A stretch of 64,000 nucleotides of DNA from the NCBI RefSeq assembly GCF_009914755.1, contig NC_060930.1; one strand, 5' to 3'. Origin of the DNA: the human T2T-CHM13v2.0 reference genome, Homo sapiens. The translations under genes were made by a program, and so were the position numbers. Positions within the stretch are counted from its first letter, which is position 1. Every line of letters starts with the position of its first letter. The notes under the pieces are model-generated. The model did no database searches, was not told where the DNA came from, and saw only the letters and a list, made by a program, of their open reading frames with translations. This document shows, piece by piece, positions 26,871-39,560 of this stretch.

Positions 26871-29559
26871 ATAACTAGTAGATTCATTACTAAGAATATT
26901 AGTCTTACTCAATATTGCTGCTTACAACAATCCAGATGGTTTTAAAATAATAAAAACACTTTCCCATGAAAATAGGAAATACAAGCAAGAGTACAACATC
27001 TGGGAAAATTCCTTAACACCACATTCAACACTAAAGAAATACTCATTTTATAATTAATGTAGCTTCTTTGTCAAGGAATTCCTTCTATATTGGATTCAAG
27101 TTTTTATTCAACCAGTTCTTAAAAATGAGTTCTAAACAAATAGTGATTTTGCATTAGCCTGCAGGAGGTCATCTCTTACAATGGATTCATAGTGCTTTGC
27201 CGGTGATGAGAATTCTCACCTCCACTGGGTTGTGCATCAGGAATGACCTCGTCACTCTGCTGTATCACAGATGCACCCCCATAATGGGAGAACACCTGAG
27301 AGCACTTTCCAAGAACAATTACACGTCATGCATTAACTAAAATAAGCAATCTGATGCAGCAGCGCGCAAAATAAACTGCATCCTAGAAATAAAGTCTGGA
27401 ATCTACAGCAAAAAAGTTGCAGGTTCTAATGTCACAATGCTAGCTTGTTGTCCAGGGCCTGGGCTACATCACATGGGGGCCCTGCCGAGCATCACTTGCA
27501 GTGACCCAGGAAGTTGGAAAGAAAGACACAATCTGCTCTTCTGGCCAACAGAGCTTTAATAGACTGGCCTTTCATTAAGTGAATTCCTAAATGTTGACCA
27601 AATTCTTTTAGACAGAGGCAGCTAATGGCTCAGCATGCATGTGATGCACTTGCTATTACATGGACACTGAAAAAAGTTCCTCAGGGCTGCTTTTCCCAGC
27701 GTTTTCACATGCTAGGGGCAGGGGCTGGGCAGAAACTTGTCTTCAGTGGTTTCTTTCACGTCCCAAGAAGGACAGTCATGTGTTTTGGTTTAGCTGATAC
27801 ATTCCAATAAAATGATTTTCAAAGAGACAGTACAAATAATAGGCGTTTTACATATGGTGGCTATGGATGTCACATGGAGCTAATTTTCTCATACACAATA
27901 TATTTGTTATTCCACAAGCTGGTTATAATTCATTTAAAGTCCCTTCTTATTCAATTTAACCCAATAAACTAATGAAATGGCCCAGTGAAGTCTTTATGGT
28001 CAATATAAGTCGGGTAACTGACTTAGCCTACATTTCCTTTAGGATATTAAAGATATATCATTACCTTCCCAGCTGTTTTCCTCCCTCAAAGCTCATGGAA
28101 AAGAAAGCATCTCAAGTCTGGATAGCATTAATATATATTCTTTAAAAATCATCCTCGAGGTCAAGATTTTAATGGAAAGAAATCAGCTGTGATTTACTTT
28201 TCTTATGTACAATTATAATTGTTAGCAAATGATTTTCTTTATCTCTCCTGGTGCCAGTGGCAGTTACCAGCTGACATTTGTCTACTTGAAAATACTTAAA
28301 GAATAGGCGTTAGAAGGAGATGTCCCTGCTGAAGAAAACTGAGAACTTAAAGAATGACATAGCCGGCACCAGCAGGAGATAAAGAACCACTGCCCATTAT
28401 GTGGAAATTGTCTTTATGCAAAAAAACAAAATAACTTGAGTCTTTCATTTTGTTTTTGTCCAGATAGTTGCTAGTCAAACAAAATCTCAAGGTGGCTTTG
28501 TTGACTATTTTCCTCTCATACCTAACATTCTATCTCACGATTTAGTGTAGTTTTTTTTCCTTTACTGTTCTCATAAGAGGTGACTTGACATCATTCTTGT
28601 GTGCATGATGTGACCGAATGCCAAATGAAGAAACCAGGCATTTTTCCTGTCACAGGGAAATACGTTTGAGCAATCTAATGCAGTTATTAAGCAGAGCTAG
28701 TACAGCTTCAAAATGGACTAATGGGCGGAGGACTCTTGAGCATCACAGGAAATGCAGTCCAATTAGCCAGGGTCAAAATGCACCAGCATCAGCATTGCTT
28801 AAGGCCTGGAGCCCCACGGCAATGAGCATGTCACAGTCTGCCATCCAGTTGTCTCCGGGCTGCAGGAAGGTTTGGCCTCAGATCATCTGCTATACAAATG
28901 AGCAACATGGCCTACTGAAACCCTGACTGGTCTGAGACTTATCATTCCCAAGATTTATAGCCTCTCATGTTTGAAGTACAGCATCTCCTAGAGAAAGGCA
29001 TTCAATGACCACCTGCAGTAAATGGCAAGTCATTAAAACAGATTAGTATAGACAATGGCAAATATTTTGACATATTTGAAATCACTTCTTCCAATTTTTA
29101 AAATTTCAAATGGACAAAAATAAATGCTCTTTAAGTTGGCCAAAAAGAACATGTGGGAAAGAGCAAGTATTTAAATTTTCAGTTTAATGTAGTGTTTGTC
29201 TAATTTTGATGACCTCGGTTTATATAGAAATAACCTCAATCTACATGTTAGCCATGTAATACAATTTGCTAAGTATGAGTATAATATATGTTGTTATTTA
29301 CCAATTTAAAGGGAAATGTTTAAATATTGAGCTCAATAAATCATTTGAAACCTACTAGTTTAGAGAAAGCCCAGAATAAAAAAGAATGACTTCTTTCATT
29401 CCTGCTTGCTGAAGATCTATCTTCTCTCTCTTTTACCTTCTCTCTCTCTTTCTGTTTGTGTGTGTGTGTCTCACTCTTTCTGTCTCTCTTTCCTCCAGTT
29501 TTTAAGATTGACAGTACTTCTTAGATAAGCACAGTAAAATCTGAAGAAGAAAGCAGTCT

Positions 29560-29705
29560 GCCCAAGAAATGGGTGCAGGAGCAACTCTGCTCAACTGACT
29601 AGTTCTGTGACCTTGGACAGTTACATCCAAGGTTGTTTCTTTACATGTAAATTGGAGTTGGGGTTAGATCGTGTTTTGTGTCTCTTTCTGCTCTGAATTT
29701 CTATA
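29560..29705 (+). mobile_element. MIR (MIRc/MIR3-like) fragment
   Basis: CTAGTTCTGTGACCTTGGACAGTTAC...TGTAAATTGG. Confidence 0.6.
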
Positions 29706-32387
29706 TTTCTATTATATTATCATAAGCTTTTGAATCATAGAAAGTCATAGTTTTCTTAACCTCACATATATTCTGCAGAGGTCAATGGGAAAGGATGAAA
29801 CAGGCTCCCATCTAGAACAGGGGTTAATTAGACTGACAGTCAAAGGGGATTCACACCCCCACCCCAGCAGACGGAAAAAGGCCCAGATACAAATTGCTGT
29901 CAGGTCACTAAGCACAGCCCTGCTGATACGGATTGGTAGTCTTGTAATGCTTGCCAAAATATTATGTTAAATGATACAATAATATTATTTATTGACACAA
30001 TTTCTTTTATCTTAGATTAATGGCAATGATACATATGAGGTATTATTGGTCGGTTTTCTTTAGGAATATCTTCCATTTCTTTTCAAATATATTTCCCACT
30101 GTCATTCTTTAGCAGTAACTAGGAGGGCCCTTTACATCATGCATTCATGAGTATATGTGACGATTAAAGCTATCTCAATAATAGATTTAAAATATCATCC
30201 TGTTCTTCATGAGCCAAAAATCATAGTGTACACAGAGCACTGCAATTGGTCTTTCCAGCTCAACTTGGGCAGAGATCTTTCTCTGTGTAATTGCAATAAC
30301 AAAAGCAAGAAAATCCTGTCTCTACTAGATATAATGGAGAGAGCTTGTTCTGCTGAAATAAAGGCATTAACAGGCATACCATGCACCTGCAACCTCAGTA
30401 AATATCTTTTAAATACTCAGACACTGCAATAGAATGAAATGATATCTTTACGGGCATCAGAAGACCTAATCTGTAGTATTAGATCTTCCATTTATTGCCA
30501 TATAACCTTGAATATACCAGTTAAAATATTCATTTATTGATTAGCAGAATGAAAACAAAATGGGGAAATGTATATTAAAGTACTTTGAAAATTAATAGCT
30601 TGCTATATAAATAAAAGGCGTTATATATTGGGATAGAAATAAATATTCATGATGATGATGAAATTATGCTGGAATGAACACTTGTTAGAAAAAAACACTT
30701 CATTCCGGAGAGTATTGCATTCAGCCTGTCTTCAGTCCATTTGGATCCCTAAAGAGAGCAACGTAGCAGTTTTTACACTGTGTTACCTTTGCAAGAGTGT
30801 ATTCATAGTATGTTCCTTAAGCTGTTGGAATCACAAGTGAGTCTGGAACCAACCAATTTGGATTTGATCAAAGCTTTCATCAGTAAAGGGGCGGTAACAT
30901 GGAGTTACATTGGCCTCATAAGGGTGCATACATCCTTAGATATAGAAAAAGCCTTCCTGGAAAAAGATTGCTAATATATGCATTTACTCTCATCCAAGTG
31001 GAATCCATTTGATAAAGGTGCCTTTGTTCATTTTGATACCAATAATCTGCTACCTTGTGACAGTATCTGACACAATCAGTTCTTTACAATTTAGTCTTTG
31101 AGACATGTTGCTTGTGTTATGCTGTCTTGCAAACAATACTGCAATTACTTAGTATTAACATTTTAAAAATTCCTTAATCTCTGGGGAGACTTCTTTCTTA
31201 CAGAAAACAATTCTGGGACAAAACAAATTTTGTTTTCTGGCAAAACTGGGGGAAAAAAAAATCTAGGTTTGGTAGTATTATGAAATTGTGAAAGATTCTG
31301 TGGCTATGCTTTGAAGTTTAATGTAAGACTTTGGGCGGAAGTGAAATAGTTTTCATGGCTGAAAAACACTATTTCCTGTAAGAGTAAAAAGATGTTCTGT
31401 TGTGGGAACTTATTTTTTAGAGGGAAAAGAGAAACACTTTTGCCAAGTTTACGAAAAGATGTATCCATTGGTGGAGATGTAAAAATAAATTGTCACAGCT
31501 GTGAAGAAATATATGGTACTTGTGTTCTGTGATGAGGAAAGTTGGGTCATAATTACCATTGAAATGTTCCCATATTATGTGGAGGAGTCTGAAAAATTCC
31601 ACTTTATCACTAACTAGTGAAGCACAATAGTGAATGAACCCAACTACTTCTATGGAACAGATTGTTCATTTCTTGGAAGTTACATGAATTCTTTCAGACC
31701 AAACAGCATACAAAGTTCTTGTAAGTTTCTTTAGCATTATTTAAAGGGTGTTATATACACAATCAATATTCAATAGATGCTTCATTCAATTAATTAAAAT
31801 GCATTAAATGGCCTTCCATTGGCTGCAACCAAGTCAAATTTGGCTTGAACCTCTCATTTACTCATAGGGAGGGCCTGAGTGAATCTAACTTTACATAAAA
31901 CATGGATCGGGTCATTGCCTGATCACATTCAGTATGTTGCCCTCATTTACTGCTATGCAAACAAGGCCCTAGAGGTGGGACTGTTGTCTTTCATTGTCTT
32001 TCAGTAACTTCAGAAACTGGGGGTGTCTAATGTCTGCAACATAACAGGACTATTGTAGGAAATTCTGAGACTCTATAAGCACTTTTAAATGTGAAAATTA
32101 AGAAGGCATCCCAGAAATGAATGGGTCCAGTGCTCTGATTTAAGAGTGTGTGACCTGTCGTCATTCATCCAGCAGACCCAAGCAGGCTTAGAGAAAGTAA
32201 GACGGGTTAGTATTATATTAAGTTTATTTTCCCTTTATTATGTATTTCCTTAAGAAATTGCTTAACTTTTCTAGCCTCAAATCATCTATCATGCTCTTCA
32301 AGAATTAAATGAAATAATGCATCAATATAGTACTTCAAAAATCATAGCACCTGAAAATATAGTGGTCATGATCATAAAAATGATCTG

Positions 32388-32682
32388 GGCTGGGCACGGT
32401 GGCTCACACCTGTAATCCCAGCACTTTGGGAGGCTGAGGCGGGCAGATCACGAGGTCAGTAGATCAAGACCATCCTGGCTAACATGGTGAAACCCCATCT
32501 CTACTAGCAATACAAAAAATTAGCCAGATGTGGTAGCATGTGCCTGTAGTCCCAGCTACTTGGGAGGCTGAGGTAGGAGAATCGCTTGAACCAGGAGGCG
32601 GAGGTTGCAGTGAGCCAAGATTGGGCTACTTACACTCCAGCCTGGGTGACAGAATGAGAATTCATCTCAAAAAAAAAAAAAA
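32388..32682 (+). mobile_element. AluSc-like
   Basis: GATCACGAGGTCA...ACCATCCTGGCTAAC; TSD AAAAATGATCTG at 32376-32387 and 32678-32689. Confidence 0.95.
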
Positions 32683-35600
32683 TGATCTGAACATTTGTAA
32701 GAATGAACAACAATGCTGTAATAAGCCCCTAAACTTGTAAGAGCCAACTAAGGTTGAGAAAAATATCAATGGAAAGGGATATTTAACTGTAACTGGCTGA
32801 AACCTTTTTAAAGTATTTTGAATGTGAAAGACTAAAAACTGTTAATAATCCATTTAAAAATAGATGGAAAATATGTTAAAATACAATACAAAAATAATGT
32901 ATTATTTCATCCCATTTAATTGAGATTAATTCCAAATCTATTGGGATTCATCACCTTTTTTCTGTTTTCTTAAATTTTTTTGAGGCATTCTAGATAGTGT
33001 TTTAGGCAATCAAAGGTAACTTTAGGAATATGAACCAAATTAGTCCCCAAATAGCCAAATTATAACATTTCATCCACTTTGCCATATATAACCAGCCACA
33101 GCCTCATGAAAGTTCTTTTCTGGTTTCCTTACAGAATATCTACATAAATAGATACATTTTTACAGTATATGGTCCTTTCTGCCAAATCATCAGAGCCTTA
33201 CCTTAACTGTGCTGGACACACACATAATATGTAAATCTGTTCCTTAGAATTTAGCTACAGTTCTCTCAAAGTATTTTGTTGCTCACATATACTCTTTAGA
33301 GAATAAGGTACAAGCTTTAATTTTTCTCTTTCTACAAACAGACCCATGATGTACATTAGAACACAGCAACTATTTGAGTGAAATAAGTATTTTTATTTAT
33401 TTCAAGAGGAAAGCAAAGTCGAAGGGTGTTCAGGTTGGTAATTATATCTGCATTTTGTCTATACTTGTTCTATGGTTAATCAAAAGGATACAATATCAAT
33501 TTCCATCTCAGCCTGAATGATTGCTTTATAAAATCAATGTGCCTTGTCTGTATTGCATTTGGAGAAATTTTTAGAAATGTCTTTGCCAATATACATTTGG
33601 GAAAATTCAAAGCACTAGGCATTTTCCTGTCTGTTCATTATCTGATGTGTTGAAAAACTAACGAAGTATTTGTAGTCTGAAGGACTGGGGTTTTCTATCC
33701 TTTTTATTTTCAATTCAGTGCAGAGCCAGGAGAGGACACTATTGGAAAACAGAGATGTGAGAAAACCCTAAAACATGGTGTACTCATGCCTGAACTTAGC
33801 CTGTCTTTCACAGCAAGGCTCATCATTTCTGGGTTTACTACAGAACCTCACCGTGTACAGCAGGCCTCCTATAGAAAGTAGGTACTGTTGCCAAGATGAC
33901 ACCAGGCTATAAAGAAATGTGCCAATCTCTTTGTGCCAAGACAACTAAAGTGAGCTCACCTTCTACTGAATCCAGCATAGAACCCTGAGAGGCTTTGGAC
34001 CTCACCGACACCGGCTCAGTTATCTTCTAAGTTACTCTCATAATTTGTGAAACATGCGATCAGGTACATGTGATTTACAATTACAATTAGCTTGTCAGGC
34101 AATATTTTTGCCCCTGGAGGAGTATCAAGCCTCTTGCCTATTCTTGCTTCCAAGTCAGGATCAGTCCCAGATAAATGGGAATGTGGATCAGTTTACTTTT
34201 GTGAGCTCCCACTTACCATGCCTCCTGGCCCTTTCTTTCCCTCAGCACTTTTCTCCCCTTAGATACTTAATAAAATTGGTCCCCTAGCTAAGTCCAATTG
34301 TCTGGACATCTTGCAAAGGATACCACATTCTGGGTTTATCATTCCTAACCTCCAGTACATGAGGCCTCTATGTACTGGATACTCTATGTACTGAGGCAGG
34401 ACTGGGGACAAGGGGTTGGCACACAGGTGAAGTCAGCTGGATCCTCATCTAGGTGTAAAGCAATAGCAAGTTAATGAGTACGACGGCAGTCAAAGACAGC
34501 CCCCAGCCCCGTTCCCTCATGCAATTCCCCTTGACCCAGGATGTTCAGCTCTATCACTGACCTCAGCTTGTTCTGTATTAGACGCGAAGGTCTCTAAAGG
34601 CTAGCTACAAAGTGCCATTTCCGGAGTATAATCAAATATCAGCATTACATTGTACCATTTCATCTCTGCTGAAGTTCTTGAGTTTAAAGAAGTTACTTCT
34701 GATTCCTTCAAGTCTCAATATGTGGATGGATGCCACATATTTAGGAAAAATAAAATACATTGATTAATACTTTAGTGGCTTTGATATAAAATTTGAGAAA
34801 AACTCTTTAGAAAGTAAGAATTTCATTTCTGTATAAATGTGCATGAACCCTAAATATTTTTGGAAAATCAACTTGATTTTCCAGATAAATTTTTGAATTC
34901 CTCAAGGGACAAAGGGACTATTTTTTATTTTCTTTTAATTTCTTGTTAATTTATTCAAGCAATATATAGGTATATAAAAATCCCTGTTTACCACTTTTAT
35001 TTTATTTCCTTTCTTGAGAGATAAGCAGTGTTATCAGTTGGGCACATAAACTTCCAAGTCTTTTAGCATACATGTCACCAATAAGATAAACAATTACCAT
35101 TCAATTCTTTCTTTTCATCTGGGATCTGTCCAGGACATTCAACCTAAAATCTTTATTATGCACTCAGTATTTTCCAACATAAAACCAGTACTCTTGAAGT
35201 AAAGCAATGATATCTCAGATTCTTTCATATCAGATACCTAAACAAAGTTAAAAACTGGAGGAAAAGGAGGGTCAAGGCCGGTTATTAAGTTAGAGCAATT
35301 TCCATTTTTAATAACTTTGAGAGGTTAGGCGGTGTCATATTTTAACTGAGTAGGTATCAACTCCTCAGCGTCTGTTTCCTTCTCTATTTGCATAAGCAAT
35401 TGACAGCTCATTAAGAGCTCATTAGGAACAGTAAAGACCCTGTGATGGGGAAAACAGAAAAAAAAAGCTGTTTTAAGAAGGAAATCTTGATTCGTGAATT
35501 TCCTCAATATCTCACAATATGTTTACACCTATAATATCTGATGAGGAAGGAAAGTAAGCTATATATATTTGTAAAATATAAAAGAATGATAATATAACTA

Positions 35601-35794
35601 TTCATTGTATCAGAGTCTATTTGTCTTAATAAGAAAAAAGGGTATCATTAGAATAGAATCCATAACTGCATAATTTTCTCATTTAAAAAAAAGCTAAAAA
35701 TTTTTACGTTTCCAAACTGAGTTTTCCTTCCATATACATACATTCATGTGCACATACATATGTAACACATACATACATATGTCTGTGTGTGTTA

Positions 35795-35989
35795 CCTTCA
35801 AGGTTACACAGAAATATGACAATGCCGTGAGAGAAGAATCAAATGCCAAAAGTGGTAAAGTGACTTACCCAGGATGTCATTCTAGTAGGGGCTGAATCAA
35901 GACTGCATCCCAGGCTGCCTGACTACTTTTTCATTGTTTATTCCATCTCATCAAGGGCCCCTGGTGAGAAAAATCTATAAAATATTTCC

Positions 35990-35997
<8 letters not shown>
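35795..35997 (+). repeat. Local direct duplicate of 38523-38724 (partly MIR-derived)
   Basis: About 200 bp at roughly 90% identity by eye. Confidence 0.97.
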
Positions 35998-36037
<40 letters not shown>

Positions 36038-36072
36038 CATATATGTATGTATATGTGTATGTATGTATATGT
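35993..36072. repeat. (CA)n(TA)n(TATG)n compound microsatellite
   Basis: Direct reading. Confidence 0.95.
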
Positions 36073-36289
36073 ACTCAAATTTTAGATAACTATAACTTGG
36101 AGAAACCAAAATAATCTTATTGTTTAGAAACAGTCTGTATGTGAGAAAACTGACTATGCTTCTTCAGGGTAAAATATGTTCAGAATCTAAATTAGTTCTT
36201 TTTTACTTGCTAATACTTTCTTGACCCAAACAAAACAGGCAAAAATCAGATCTCCTCTGAATAAATGTTTGCCTGACACTTCTAAATCT

Positions 36290-37348
36290 CTAGGTACCAA
36301 AAACCGATCTTAAAATGAAAGGCAAATGCACATTGGCGTGCTGGCTATTCTTTTGCCTTTGTATTGCATTTTGTAGAAGGCATGAATGCAAAGCACTTTT
36401 AAACACTCAGGAATCGATGCAAAGGAAGCAGTGGGAATGCATTTATTCCTGTTTTATTCAATTTCAGGGCTACAGTTTTGCTTGACCAGATGTTGCCAAG
36501 TTTCAAAGTCAAATCGGTTCATCTCCTGGCTATCAGCTAAAGGGTGTTGTATTTGTAAGCATTGAGAACTTCTATCTACTGCTATTGTATTTTGCATATT
36601 TGTATTTTCTGAGTTCTATTTGAGAGAGACGGAATTACGCATTTCCATATGGATCATCCTCTTCCCTATGTATGTTGCTTTATTGCCTTTTGGAAGAAAA
36701 AAAGTGAGAGTTGCAGTCTGTATTTAGGCCATTTCTATGTTCTTTATTGGGTTACGTTTGAATGCCCAATTTGATCTCAATGGCACGTCCTTTGTAACAT
36801 AAAATAAAACATGGTGCTCAGGAAAAGTAACGACACACACATCCAGGCCCTTTCATAGCAGTTGGTAAAGCTTAAGCCTTGCCTCTCTGTGTGGTAGTTT
36901 CCCTTCCCTTTCTTTTCGTTCCCTGTGACAAGCAGCCATTGTCCCCTTGGTGAGATCTGCAATATTACTTTGACCCCAGCCCATCAATCTGCCTCAATTG
37001 GATAATGATCTGTAATCACGTTCTTTCAGGGGAGTCTATAAATTTGCCAAGGCCCCATTCTCTTCTGAAGGACTCCTTATGTTCACTCCCATTTGTGCAA
37101 ATGTGCTCTCTTTTACAGGGCTAAATAGCCATGCACATGGTCCATTCTGTGAGGAGGCACCGGGCGGTTCTCTGTTGATTTTCCACGCTCTAGTCTCTTA
37201 AAGGAGACTAAGGCTGACATGCAGGGACACAGTGGGGGGGTGGCCCGAGCCAGGCCACATCACAGGCAGCCGCTTTTCTCATTAAGACTGACCCATCATT
37301 AGGTCACTTTGTGCCATCCTTGTAATCAATGAGCTTAATGTTTAGTGC
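36290..37348. promoter_or_regulatory. Repeat-free candidate enhancer / conserved non-coding block
   Basis: About 1 kb of complex sequence without a recognisable repeat, with raised GC/CpG; ER6 element at 37289-37306 and PBX/HOX-like CCATCAATCT at 36981-36990. Confidence 0.4.
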
Positions 37349-38491
37349 AAAAAAAAAAAAAGTTATTTAAGGAAAGGAGCTGGGAGCTGGAAGAGGAAAA
37401 GAGGAAAGAAAAATGGTAGGAAGCATGGAGAAATTCACCACTTCTAAATCTTAGGGTTGGTTATACTTTGCCCAAAGGGTAGGATGAACTCAAATATGCT
37501 ACATGTGATTCCTCAAACAACCGCTTCCAGTCCTGTTTGTTTTCTGTAAAACGTAAATATTCTTAGACGCAACATTTCCCCCAGGGGCCCCGCACTTCTC
37601 ATGAAGTCAGATGAAGTGCTCTGTCTATAACCGAGGCTGAATCTGCATTTGCTGGGAACCCTGTAGTGGTGAAGAGAGAGGTGGTCAAAGTCCGTGAGCA
37701 ATTGGGGTGGTTTTGGAGGGGTAATTGGATTTTGTTTATTGTTGGATCCCAAAGAGTTTCATGACCACAGCCAAATACAGCAAATAAAAAAGAAAAAATA
37801 TATTAAATTAAAAATTGAAAGACATAATTAAATTGGTCCCATACGAAGGGGGGGTTGGTTACAGAAGGGTTTGGGTCATTACATTTCCAACACCTGGAAA
37901 GAGTGTCTTTGTGCATGGTGGGAGGCAAAAATTAACACATTTTCATCAAAATAAATCTTCATAAGCAGAGAAGCTAGATTAGCAAAGATTTTGTCCTTAG
38001 CATTCATTGGTAATGATGATAATTTTCAAGAAGACGAACTTCACTGCAAACCTCTGTCTGATTAGTTTTTAGTTTATAGCACCCCAATAATGCCTTTGTT
38101 ACTAGGTTTAGGGAAGACAGCAGACAAACAGCAAAAGGACATCACAAGACTGTCGAGGGGACATCAGAGAAAAAAGCAGGCTATTTAAAACATTTCATCT
38201 TTGTGCTTTCCACTGTCCTGTAGGAAAAAAAATGCATATTTTTATTCTCTTATTCTTCTACTACTCATTTTGACTTCATAAACACTTAGAAATTAATTTA
38301 TAACATACACACATACATAAAGTACAGCACTTAGTATTTAAATGTAGGCTTGTACATTTTAGGGAATGATTATAGAACAAATACTTATGTAACCACCACA
38401 CTGGTTAAGGAATTGATATTTGTGATTGAAATACTGAAGTCAGGGGTTAAAAAGAAAAATTAACTGTTTCATACCATTTGAGTCCCGCCAT

Positions 38492-38680
38492 GAATCATGG
38501 ATTACATAAGAGCTGAGGAAAGCCTTCGAGGTTACACAGAAACATGACAGTGTCATGAGAGAAGAATCAAATGCCAAAAGTGGTAAAGTGACTTTTCACG
38601 GTGTCATTCTAGTAGGGGCTGAATCAAGACTGCATCCCAGGCTGCCTAACTACCTTTCCGTTGTTTATTCCATTTTATCA
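38492..38680 (-). mobile_element. MIR fragment (donor of the 35.8-kb copy)
   Basis: GAATCATGG...AGAGCTGAGGAAAGCCTTCGAGG...GGTAAAGTGACTT...CCCAGGCTGCCT. Confidence 0.6.
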
Positions 38681-39419
38681 AGGGCCTCTGGTGAGAAAAA
38701 TCTATAATATATTTCCATAACACAAAAACTTTGTTTGTGTAATTACAAGTAACTCTCTGTGCTTAAGTTTTGGCACCACATACTGAAGAAAACGAAGTGA
38801 TTTGGTGTCATAATTGAACTCATTATATCAGTGTAGTCTTATACACTGGAAAAATAATTACATATATAGAAAAATATTTTGTTCTGCTTATAAAATAGTT
38901 ATGCATAAAAACAGTCTGACAATTCTAAGTGTTCAAGCCAGAGATATACTTAGGAAAATTTGCTATTACTAATATTTGATGAATAATATTGTGTCCTCTC
39001 ATTTACAGGCTATTATTCAAATTATAAAACATTTCCAAATATCTAATTTCAAGTCAGCATTTTTCTCCTGTGATTCTCTAGCTAAAAGAAAATTATAAAG
39101 TTATAAGACCTATAAAATAAGCCATATATAACAATGGTATATACATTTTGCTGGTCTTTTTATCTTAAAAAGTAAACTTGTTAGCATATGTTGTACATTG
39201 ACTAGGAAAGTGATCAGTGTAAATTGAACATTTACAAGAAAATTATTGACAAAAGAATTGTTGACCTAGAAAATAACCAGGAAGTTGATTTTCTATTAAT
39301 TTTTGCAGTCTCCTTGAAAAAAAGAAACACCCTTGTTTAAGCCTCTAAAGTTTTCCTTCATATTGATAAAGATGATCACTATTTTATCAGAGATTCCTTA
39401 GATAAAAAATTCTATTATA

Positions 39420-39560
39420 AAATGATCTTCATTATTTTACAAAGGAAGAAATTGAGACTCAGAAAGGTTGTCCCTCACCCAAGGTCATATATTAATAGCT
39501 GGGTTAGAATTTGGACCTGTGTTAATCTGGTTCAAGGCACATATATTTCCTACTATTTTC
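39420..39560 (-). mobile_element. MIR core
   Basis: ATTTTACAAAGGAAGAAATTGAGACTCAGAAAGGTT...CCCAAGGTCA. Confidence 0.75.
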
